A stretch of 64,000 bases of DNA from a virus, in IMG/VR virus record IMGVR_UViG_3300035701_000008, positions 49,587-113,586 of that record. One strand, given 5' to 3'. The notes under the pieces are model-generated. The model ran no database searches and had not been told where the DNA came from. It saw nothing but the letters and a program-made list of their open reading frames with translations. Positions 55,574 through 64,000 of this stretch are shown one piece after another (the first letter of the stretch is position 1; each line of letters begins with the position of its first letter). The translations under genes and the position numbers were made by a program.

Positions 55574-56548
55574 ATGAGTTACTATTATAAATATGCTTTT
55601 GTTAGCCCAGAACCTGTCTACTCAACTGTAAAAGAAGAATTAAAATCTTACTTTGATACAGGTGCAGTAGATGATCTTTTATTTCCTACCTATTTAGACA
55701 AAGCTCTAAAGAAGTTAGGAAGAACTACATATGTAATTACTGATGAAGTTTTGTTTATAGAAGACTTCCAAGCTAGACTTCCTGATAACTTTTATGCTGT
55801 TAGAGAAGCATGGATGACAACAGAAGTTGCTGGATATCCATATCAATCAGCTAATTCATTTTATTCACAAGCAGCTAGTGCTACCACTATACAAGTGGCT
55901 CCATTAACTATTGGAGGAACTCCTTGTAACAATCCTGGATGTCAAAACTCACAATGTGATGGTACATGTATGCCTGTGCTTGTACAAGCTGTATATAAGA
56001 CAAACAATAGCGTAGCTAGAGGATTTACTCATGACTACTTACTTAAGCCTGGAAACATCTCTGTAAGACAAAACTGTGGAGTGGAGTATACAAACAATTG
56101 GGAGATGTATCAAGAAGCTCCTCCTATTCATCAATTCACTCCTGGCTCTGCTAGTTATGATTCATTTGATATACGAGATAACAAGTTTGTAACTAATTTC
56201 AGAAATGGTGTTGTACATTTAATATTCTATGCTACAGAGTATGATGAAATAGGAAATCAATTGATTCCTGACAACTATCGTATTAGAGAGTATGTAGAAG
56301 CATTCATTAAGTTTAAAGTGTTTGAAATGCTTACTAACCAAACTAATGATGAAACTTTCAATCAGTTACAACAAAAGATGCTTTATCATAAACAAGCTTA
56401 TGAAGAAGCTTACATTATGGCTGAAATTGAAATGAAGAAACAAACTCCTTGGGAAAAACAAAGAAGGATCGTAAATGACCTTAAGAGATTTAATATGTAT
56501 GAACTTCCTAACAGAACTAATAGAGCTGGAAGAAGACGTAATAACTAA
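55574..56548 (+). CDS. tail ring/tube protein
   Basis: ARLPDNF, TNFRNG.V.L.FY....DE.G..LIPD. Confidence 0.65.
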   Translation: MSYYYKYAFVSPEPVYSTVKEELKSYFDTGAVDDLLFPTYLDKALKKLGRTTYVITDEVLFIEDFQARLPDNFYAVREAWMTTEVAGYPYQSANSFYSQAASATTIQVAPLTIGGTPCNNPGCQNSQCDGTCMPVLVQAVYKTNNSVARGFTHDYLLKPGNISVRQNCGVEYTNNWEMYQEAPPIHQFTPGSASYDSFDIRDNKFVTNFRNGVVHLIFYATEYDEIGNQLIPDNYRIREYVEAFIKFKVFEMLTNQTNDETFNQLQQKMLYHKQAYEEAYIMAEIEMKKQTPWEKQRRIVNDLKRFNMYELPNRTNRAGRRRNN

Positions 56549-56553
56549 GCACT

Positions 56554-59500
56554 ATGGCTGATCAAGAGGATAAACAATCTGGAAATATTAAACAAGAATT
56601 CAATAGTGCAAACATTGGATTGAATATGGATCAAACTGTGAACCAGATTAAACCTGGTACACTAACCTATGCATTAAATGCTGCTTTAGAAAACTTTGAT
56701 TCAAGTTCTGTTAATTACCAAAATGAACAAGGTAATGAGTTATGTGTTACATTTCCTCAAGGGTATATATTAATTGGTACACATTTTATTAATGAAAAAA
56801 ACAAACATATATTCTATATAACTAATCCTGATATAAACAATAGTCAGATTGGATATATGGATAATAATGATTGTATCTATCGTACATTAGTAGAAGCACC
56901 TTGTCTTAACTTCAACATCAATCATCCTATACACAAAACAGTACATAAGATTACAAATTGTACTATAGAGATATATTGGACAGATGGTATTAATCCAAGA
57001 AGATATTTAGATCTTAATAATGTACCAAAACTATTACAAGTAGGTAGCACTCTTTGTGATCCTATATACACTGATGAATTAGATTGTAATCAACTTAAGT
57101 TACAACCAAACTTTAGTATTCCTCAAATCAATGTAACAGATATTACTACAGGAGGAGAACTTGTTGCTGGTACATATCAGTTTGCTGCTCAGTATTCTGA
57201 TGCATTAGGTAATCCATACACCTCTTATTATTCTGTTACCAATCCTACACCTATTGCAGACGTAGCTATAACCACAGTTAATTTTAATTACACTGTAGGA
57301 AAATCTATTGTTATTAATGTAACAGAACTAGATGTTACAGGTCAATATCAATATTTTAACTTAGCTGTGATTAAAACAGTTAATGGAATAACCTCTGTAG
57401 AATTAGTAGGAACATATTTTATTGAACAAGATAATGACCAAATTACTTACACAGGTCAAAACAAAACTCAGATACAGTTAACTATCAATGATATATTTGA
57501 AAAGTTTCCTTATTATGATATAGCCCAAGATGTTACATCTGTACAAGATATACTTGTATGGGATAACCTTACATCCATAAATAGAATTAACTATCAATAT
57601 ATTGCTTCTAATATAACTCTATTATGGGAAACATATAGAATCCCTGCCACTGAAAACTATGCTGATGAAATAAATGCTACAAACTTACGTGGGTATCTAC
57701 GTGATGAAGTGTATGCATTTGAAATTGTATTCTTATTGAAGAATGGAAAACAAACAGATGGTTTCCATATTCCTGGAAGAGTAAAAGGTTTTGTTGAAAA
57801 TACAAGTCCTAATATTCTTGACACTGATCCAGATTTTATTGGAGAACCAGAACCAGGAACAAACTATAGTCCTTATTGGAAAATATATAACACAGCTTCT
57901 GTAATAGGATCAGCAGTGGGAGATCCTATTGGAAATGCTACACCATATCAATATGGTCAATTTGCCTATTGGGAATCTACAGAAGAATATCCTTGTAATG
58001 CAGATGTATGGGGTGATCTAGCTGGACAACCAATTAGACATCATAAGTTCCCAGATATTCTTGTTAGTCCAGCATTTGAATCAAGATTGTTTACAACAGC
58101 TAGCTCATTAGTAATGGGTAATGATGCTGTATTTCCTATTGGTGTTAGAGTGGATAGTGACCAGATTAGAAGTCTTATTTCTTCTTCTCCATTAACTGTT
58201 GAACAAAGAGATGATATTGTTGGATACAAAATAGTAAGAGGAGACAGAGGAACAAACAAATCTATTGTAGCTAAAGGAATACTTAGAAATGTAGGAACCT
58301 ATGAAAGAGAAGGTCAAAACTATTACTTTCCAAATTACCCATATAATGATCTTAATAAAGATCCATTTATAAATAAAACAAACAATGCTTGGAAACAAAT
58401 ATGTGAACCATTTGTTATAAATGTTACAGAATTAGATAGCAATGGTGTTGTTAAAATAGAATACACTAGTTGCAACACTGATAAATTAACAACACAAGAA
58501 TTAAAAACACTAGGGCCTCATAATATTTGTGCTATATCAAAACCATTAGTTATATCAGGTAAAGCTACCTCTGCTTATGGTAATTATGAAATTTGGACAA
58601 TTGCTTCTGGTGGTACATTTATTCAAGCATGTGCTGGATGGAGAGCTCAATGGACTGATCAATTTGGACAAACACAAACAGAATGGGTAGAAGGATGGCC
58701 AACAAATTCTAGTTACACTATTAATGTAAAAGCTTCAGAACCAGGTTCACCACCTAATGTTTTTTGTGTAGAGTATTGCAATCACTGTGGTATAGAAATT
58801 CGCAAAATAGGTGAAGTGATTGCAGCAGATCAATGTAAAGATCCTACACCACAACCACCATTAGAAGAAACTAATGCTCATAGACAAATATTTAATTCTC
58901 CAGAAACTTCTTTTGGACAACCATTTTTAGGAAACGTTCTTAAATTAGAGAATGTAATGTTTGGTGGAGGAAAAGGACATTTTACTCAAGTGAAGAATAA
59001 TGCTAAATATAAACTTCTTACAAAGGAAGCTCAACAAGATGCATTAGCTAGTTCTTCAACAATAGGTAATATAACTAATCCATTTAATGCTACAGCAATG
59101 TTCACTGCATACCAAGCATATTTAACAATATATGTAAATGGTATTACAAGAAGAAACTATGCTCAATCATTTAACACTATAGCTGATTATAACTATTCAG
59201 AATCTATACCTAATGGTCAAGGAGTTAAACAAAGAAACTTAGGTATAAAAAGATATTTAATTCCTGGAGTTGAATCTGTAGGAGATACATTTCCTGTTAA
59301 TAACTATAGAAGAGAATCATCAGTTTATTTAAGAACTGATCTAACTAAACCAGTATTACCATTTCCAAGTAATAGTCCTAATATGATTGTTGCAGGAAGT
59401 CCTAAAGTTACAGATTATTCTAGATTTACTATTGGAGATACATCTGCATGTTCTTCTCCAGAGAAAGAACAAGACTTACGTGCAGTTTCATATTATGCAT

Positions 59501-61758
59501 CATTAAAAAATCAATTTGTAAATCAATGGGGACAAATATATTCTTATGAAACAATTGATACAGGATTCCAAAGAAACATTTATTCATCAGGAACATCAGT
59601 AGTTTTTGGTGGAGATACATTTATTTCTAGATTTACATTCAAGACTAAACTTCCTTTCTTTATAGATAATAGAGTGGGTGCTCCTGATGATAGCGATATA
59701 TTCTATGATGAAATAGGTAACATAGCTTATCCAGTGTATTGGCATTCTGCTAGATCTATATTGGAAGATTATTCATTAACTGTAGGAGGAGCAGCTACAT
59801 TAACAAACATCATATCATATAAAGCACATAATTTTGATTGCCCTAATAGTCAACTTCCTGCTCCTCCAGATACTAATCCTAATAGAACATACTATGATGG
59901 ATACTTCTATTTATTTGCATATGGTATTCCTAATTTCTATTGTGAGAGTTCTTACAATACAGATCTTAGACAAGCATTCAATAATAGAGAAGGAGATTTC
60001 TGGCCACATGTATCTACAGGTATTCCTGATGATTGGGTACAAGAAAGTTATGTATCTATAGCTAATGATAATACATATACATATAATGTAACATTCTCTA
60101 AACAGAATAAAGAAAATACATTTACACACCTTCCTCCAGATTGGACTAGTCAATTATGTTTTACATATTATCCATTTAGAGCAATCTATTCTGATTCACA
60201 AAATATAGATGCTGATAATAGAGTGAATAGTTGGTTAACATATAGAGCACTTTCATATTTTGATTTCCCTCAAAACTTTGGAAACTTAACATCATTAGAT
60301 GGTATACAGAATAAAGCTGTACTAGCTAGATTTGAGAATAAGACATTGATGTATAACAATCTCTTAACTATTGATACAAGTAATCCACAAGCTGCGTATG
60401 TAGGTAATCCAACATTGTTTAGAGGAGCTCCTCCAATAGACTTTGCTGAAACAGATCTTGGATATGTAGGAAGTCAGAATAAAATGTTATTAAAAATACC
60501 ACAAGGACAAATTACTGTTGATGCTAAGAGAGGTCAAGTGTTTCTTATACAAGGAACACAAGTGGAAGATTTATCAGCATTTGGTTCTGGAATGAATAGA
60601 TTCTTTACAGACCATTTAGCATTTGAAATTCTTAGATATTTTCCATCAAAACAAATTTTAGTTGATGGACAATTAATAACTATACCTGGAGTTAATACAG
60701 ATAATAATTTTACAGGTATTGGTTTACATGGTTTCTATGATAGTAAGTTTGATAGAGTTATTATATCAAAACTTGATTACATTCCTTTAGATAATAATAT
60801 TCAATATGATTCTGCAACTAGAGAGTTCTACATTGAAGAAACAATAAATGAGGTTGTATTTAAAACACAAGTGTATTTAACAGATCCAGAATATTTCTGT
60901 AATAAGTCTTGGACTCTATCATTCAATGTAAACACAAAAACTTGGGTGAGCTTTCATAGCTACATTCCTAATTTCTATATAGCAGAAAACAATTTCTTCT
61001 ATTCAGGGATTAATGGATGTTGTGATGATTTTGATTTAATTGCAGGAGAGATAGTTCCTACTCCTCCAACAACAACCACCACTAGTACACCAGCTCCTCC
61101 AACAACAAGTACTACCACTACAGCTAATACAAATTGTACATTAGTTGGAATAGGAAGAGTAACAGATTGTACATTAGTTGGAACAGGTGTAATTACAGTT
61201 CCCCCAGTTTGCACAAGACCTACTGGATTAAATTCATTTACATTGATTACAGGATATAATATAATATCTCCACCATCAACTGTTGTTTCAACAGGAAGTC
61301 AAATAGATGCTTGTAATGCAATTACATATGTAACAACAAATGCAGGCTTTACATATACATCAGTTATTGGAAGAGCTGCAAGTCTTATATTGTTGGAAAC
61401 AGTGTATGCAAACAATGGTACAACAGATTGTAGTGTAGTGCCTGATGGTTGGTATTTTACAGATGAAAGTGCAAATACAACAAGAGAGGTGTATCACATT
61501 GTATCAGGAGTGATCACTGATATAGTGGCATGTTTTACACCAACCACTACAACCACTACAACACTTCCTTGTACATTGTATAAAGCATCAAAAACTGCAG
61601 CTGGTATATCTACAATTAATTATGTAAATTGTGCAGGTGTTCCTACAATTACAGAAGTTGGAATTGTAGGAGGAGGATATTCAGAAGTAACATTTTGTGC
61701 ATCATGTTGTACATCAGTTCCACCAAGTGTAACATTAACTAATATAGGAGGATGCTAA
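56554..61758 (+). CDS. tail stabilisation/muzzle protein, N-terminal and central part
   Basis: GLNMD, YALNA, NEQGN, IYWTDG.NP.RY, G.L.AG.YQF, GYLRDEVYAF.IV, IRHHKFP, FGGDTFI, SWTLSF....K.WVSFHSYIP. Confidence 0.75.
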   Translation: MADQEDKQSGNIKQEFNSANIGLNMDQTVNQIKPGTLTYALNAALENFDSSSVNYQNEQGNELCVTFPQGYILIGTHFINEKNKHIFYITNPDINNSQIGYMDNNDCIYRTLVEAPCLNFNINHPIHKTVHKITNCTIEIYWTDGINPRRYLDLNNVPKLLQVGSTLCDPIYTDELDCNQLKLQPNFSIPQINVTDITTGGELVAGTYQFAAQYSDALGNPYTSYYSVTNPTPIADVAITTVNFNYTVGKSIVINVTELDVTGQYQYFNLAVIKTVNGITSVELVGTYFIEQDNDQITYTGQNKTQIQLTINDIFEKFPYYDIAQDVTSVQDILVWDNLTSINRINYQYIASNITLLWETYRIPATENYADEINATNLRGYLRDEVYAFEIVFLLKNGKQTDGFHIPGRVKGFVENTSPNILDTDPDFIGEPEPGTNYSPYWKIYNTASVIGSAVGDPIGNATPYQYGQFAYWESTEEYPCNADVWGDLAGQPIRHHKFPDILVSPAFESRLFTTASSLVMGNDAVFPIGVRVDSDQIRSLISSSPLTVEQRDDIVGYKIVRGDRGTNKSIVAKGILRNVGTYEREGQNYYFPNYPYNDLNKDPFINKTNNAWKQICEPFVINVTELDSNGVVKIEYTSCNTDKLTTQELKTLGPHNICAISKPLVISGKATSAYGNYEIWTIASGGTFIQACAGWRAQWTDQFGQTQTEWVEGWPTNSSYTINVKASEPGSPPNVFCVEYCNHCGIEIRKIGEVIAADQCKDPTPQPPLEETNAHRQIFNSPETSFGQPFLGNVLKLENVMFGGGKGHFTQVKNNAKYKLLTKEAQQDALASSSTIGNITNPFNATAMFTAYQAYLTIYVNGITRRNYAQSFNTIADYNYSESIPNGQGVKQRNLGIKRYLIPGVESVGDTFPVNNYRRESSVYLRTDLTKPVLPFPSNSPNMIVAGSPKVTDYSRFTIGDTSACSSPEKEQDLRAVSYYASLKNQFVNQWGQIYSYETIDTGFQRNIYSSGTSVVFGGDTFISRFTFKTKLPFFIDNRVGAPDDSDIFYDEIGNIAYPVYWHSARSILEDYSLTVGGAATLTNIISYKAHNFDCPNSQLPAPPDTNPNRTYYDGYFYLFAYGIPNFYCESSYNTDLRQAFNNREGDFWPHVSTGIPDDWVQESYVSIANDNTYTYNVTFSKQNKENTFTHLPPDWTSQLCFTYYPFRAIYSDSQNIDADNRVNSWLTYRALSYFDFPQNFGNLTSLDGIQNKAVLARFENKTLMYNNLLTIDTSNPQAAYVGNPTLFRGAPPIDFAETDLGYVGSQNKMLLKIPQGQITVDAKRGQVFLIQGTQVEDLSAFGSGMNRFFTDHLAFEILRYFPSKQILVDGQLITIPGVNTDNNFTGIGLHGFYDSKFDRVIISKLDYIPLDNNIQYDSATREFYIEETINEVVFKTQVYLTDPEYFCNKSWTLSFNVNTKTWVSFHSYIPNFYIAENNFFYSGINGCCDDFDLIAGEIVPTPPTTTTTSTPAPPTTSTTTTANTNCTLVGIGRVTDCTLVGTGVITVPPVCTRPTGLNSFTLITGYNIISPPSTVVSTGSQIDACNAITYVTTNAGFTYTSVIGRAASLILLETVYANNGTTDCSVVPDGWYFTDESANTTREVYHIVSGVITDIVACFTPTTTTTTTLPCTLYKASKTAAGISTINYVNCAGVPTITEVGIVGGGYSEVTFCASCCTSVPPSVTLTNIGGC

Positions 61759-61759
61759 T

Positions 61760-62626
61760 ATGTCAAAAACTATAACCATAAAATTAACAAAGGCTGGCCC
61801 TAAAGCAGGGCCATTCACCATCTCTGATCAATTTGGTAATATAATAGCAGAAGATGTTCTTAAAAAAACTCTTATTGCTGGCATTAGTTACATTGTAAAT
61901 AATAATGTAACAATTCTTGTAATAAAGTCTACAGGAAGTTGTAAGATAGAAAAGACAATAAGTCTTGCTCCTATAACAACAGAAGAATATGCTAACAGTA
62001 CTTTTTTAGAAATTATGACAGCATGTATATGGAGACATTTGACTAACATAAGTCTTTATAATACATTCTATGGAAACATAGAACCATATATTATTGAGTA
62101 TCCATTTGCGTATAAATATCAAGATGAAATCTTACAGAATGTAAAAGACTATACGAAAGCATATGAGTATATATCTATATCAGATGGTGTATTTAATGAT
62201 AATACAAGAATAGAAACAAACAATAAATATTTTAATAAGAGTATTCTATACAATGGACAACAGAGTTCAGGAGTGTTGAATCTTGTTGCTAAACCTCTTA
62301 ATGATATGCGTGCGTACATGCAATATCCAATATTCAATACAGATAGCAAAACAATTCTATATACCAAGAGTGATAACTTCTATCAGTATAATACATTCTT
62401 TGCTTTACAGAAAAGTTCTCAAGTTCCATTGTTTAATACAGGATGTGAAAGCTTATCTATTGATAAGGTGATTAACCAAAGCAATATGGATTATGGATCC
62501 AGAAGTTTCAAGAAAGCTACACTAAGAGCTAAAGAGCTCAAGATACGTCATATATTAGATGACAATTGTACAACTCATCTTGTCTCACAATTTATTATTG
62601 GAACAGCTCAAATATCATATAAATAA
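61760..62626 (+). CDS. adaptor domain fused to the probable C-terminal part of the muzzle protein
   Basis: N-terminus TI.LT.AG...GPF; then WRH...FYG...PYIIE, FNK.ILYN.QQ.SG.L.L. Confidence 0.6.
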   Translation: MSKTITIKLTKAGPKAGPFTISDQFGNIIAEDVLKKTLIAGISYIVNNNVTILVIKSTGSCKIEKTISLAPITTEEYANSTFLEIMTACIWRHLTNISLYNTFYGNIEPYIIEYPFAYKYQDEILQNVKDYTKAYEYISISDGVFNDNTRIETNNKYFNKSILYNGQQSSGVLNLVAKPLNDMRAYMQYPIFNTDSKTILYTKSDNFYQYNTFFALQKSSQVPLFNTGCESLSIDKVINQSNMDYGSRSFKKATLRAKELKIRHILDDNCTTHLVSQFIIGTAQISYK

Positions 62627-64000
62627 TGGCTAGTAAAGTAAAATGCACATGTGGATGGAGTTGGAACAAATCTGATTCCAGTAAGAAAGATATGTACATA
62701 TGTCATGAGTGTGGAAGAGACAATAGCAACAACATGAAGAATGGTGGTTGGTTAGACTCATATGCTGATGGTGGAACAATGCAAGAGCACCAAGAGAACT
62801 ATAATGATTCACAAGCTTCTGCTCCTGAAGGAATGGTGGGAGATGGATTCTCTAATGTAGGTAGAAACTATTCTCCTGCATGGGGAGGACAGTTTCAAGA
62901 AGGAGGAGAAATTCCTATGGCTCAAAATGGTAAAGCTACAAGAGCTGATAGTCTTGCTGTATATAATAATAGTAAAAAAGTAGAAAATTTTTATAAAATT
63001 AATAATTATAAAAAAGATAGAGAAGAGTTTAGTAATTGGAAAAAAGAAGACCCTCATTATATAAATGATGAAGTTTATAAAGATTACTTTAATAACAAAG
63101 GTAAAAAACTTAAATCAGGTGTTTTTGAATCTGATAAAGTTTTAAAATCAGAATATAGAAAAAATATAGATAAAAATAAGTATCTACAAAGAGAGCAGTC
63201 TAATTTTTGGTTAAATACTGATGCTCCTATGCAAAGTTTTGATAGAAGAATACGTCCTTTAGAAGGAAAAAAATACTTTCGAGGAGATGATGCTGTAGAA
63301 ATACCTACTTATAATAATATTGGTAATAAACCATTTGATTTACTTACAGATACTGAGAAAAAACAAAGAGTAGACAAATATGGTACTGATGGTGTCCCTA
63401 AAAGTTATTTAAATAAAAATAAACCTACTACAACTAAACAAACTACAAAACCTAAAAGTGGTTATGTTTTACAAGCTGATGGTACTAAATTTTATGATAA
63501 GTTTATTCCAGCAGGTAAGTATTTGGATTATAGAAATCATACTGGGGATGGTGCTCCTCCATATCAAAATGAACCACAAAAAAGAAAAACTATAAAAGGA
63601 ATAGAAAACAGTTTACAACCAATAGGAATACAAAATGATTTTAATATAGAAGCAGACATTCCACAAATAAGACAACACGTAAGACAACCAAAGTATTATG
63701 ATGTAGAAGATTATACACATGGTTCTACAAATTATAGTGGAACACAATCTAATTATAGAACATCTGACCTATCTACATTATCAGAACAAAGTCCTAACAA
63801 TACAAGAAAGATAACACCACGTTATCAAATAGGTGGATCTGTCTATCCAGTTAATTATGTTCCTCAAGCAGCCATGGGTGGTTCTATTCCAGGAGCTGTA
63901 GGATTTACATATGCTAGAACAGGATCTCCTAGTAAAGGACCACGTAGAAATCAAACTGATGTTACAGATGCTTCTGCAAAAAATGGTGATGTAATTGTAA
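62626..64000 (+). CDS. probable internal virion cargo/ejection protein, partial, not in ORF track
   Basis: ATG overlaps the upstream TAA and the frame is open to the window end; N-terminal CTCGW..CHECG; repeated MKNGG, YADGG, FQEGG, YQIGG, AAMGG. Confidence 0.75.
   Translation, partial: MASKVKCTCGWSWNKSDSSKKDMYICHECGRDNSNNMKNGGWLDSYADGGTMQEHQENYNDSQASAPEGMVGDGFSNVGRNYSPAWGGQFQEGGEIPMAQNGKATRADSLAVYNNSKKVENFYKINNYKKDREEFSNWKKEDPHYINDEVYKDYFNNKGKKLKSGVFESDKVLKSEYRKNIDKNKYLQREQSNFWLNTDAPMQSFDRRIRPLEGKKYFRGDDAVEIPTYNNIGNKPFDLLTDTEKKQRVDKYGTDGVPKSYLNKNKPTTTKQTTKPKSGYVLQADGTKFYDKFIPAGKYLDYRNHTGDGAPPYQNEPQKRKTIKGIENSLQPIGIQNDFNIEADIPQIRQHVRQPKYYDVEDYTHGSTNYSGTQSNYRTSDLSTLSEQSPNNTRKITPRYQIGGSVYPVNYVPQAAMGGSIPGAVGFTYARTGSPSKGPRRNQTDVTDASAKNGDVIV

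Noticed and set aside
363-63057. Opposite-strand or nested ORFs in the track, e.g. 363..749, 2577..2903, 16666..17103, 41581..41901, 52245..52697, 62809..63057
   Set aside because: They are shadows of real genes or span regulatory DNA, and they oppose the strict strand polarity of each arm.
1-64000. Stop-codon reassignment (TAG or TGA) as in some crAss-like phages
   Set aside because: Core genes are full length in the standard code, TAG and TGA occur as ordinary stops at gene junctions, and no suppressor tRNA is seen.
1-64000. CRISPR array, DGR, integrase, transposase, introns or inteins
   Set aside because: No repeat-spacer array and no RT or recombinase motifs. PolB, TerL, DnaB and the capsid gene are uninterrupted and of ordinary length.

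Overview
The window is about 64 kb of an AT-rich crAss-like (Crassvirales-type) phage genome. The host is probably an environmental Bacteroidota such as a Flavobacterium relative, judged from TAnnTTTG promoters and A-rich leaders without SD. Two divergent arms meet at about 34.05-34.38 kb. The minus arm (34052 to 1) carries small early genes, a MoxR/RavA-type AAA plus vWA pair, a tmRNA flanked by unidentified structured RNAs, PolB, DnaB-like and SF2 helicases, primase, UNG, rIIA/rIIB, a PD-(D/E)XK nuclease, RecA and MazG. The plus arm carries terminase, portal, scaffold, major capsid protein, an initiator tRNA, ring/hub proteins, Cys/Thr-rich modular decoration and fibre proteins, a metallophosphoesterase, a split muzzle protein and the start of a cargo protein. 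The standard genetic code fits throughout. The best candidate for a new system is a set of short tracts between stop codons and intrinsic terminators that are complementary to translation-initiation leaders of other phage genes. One is a 19/19 match 31 kb away, and two match repeated leader motifs, suggesting 3'-UTR-derived antisense control. Other highlights are a compact tmRNA with a 35-residue tag, pseudoknotted RNAs beside it, and a repeated AACTACAT motif next to late start codons. All family calls come from motif recognition by eye; no searches were run.
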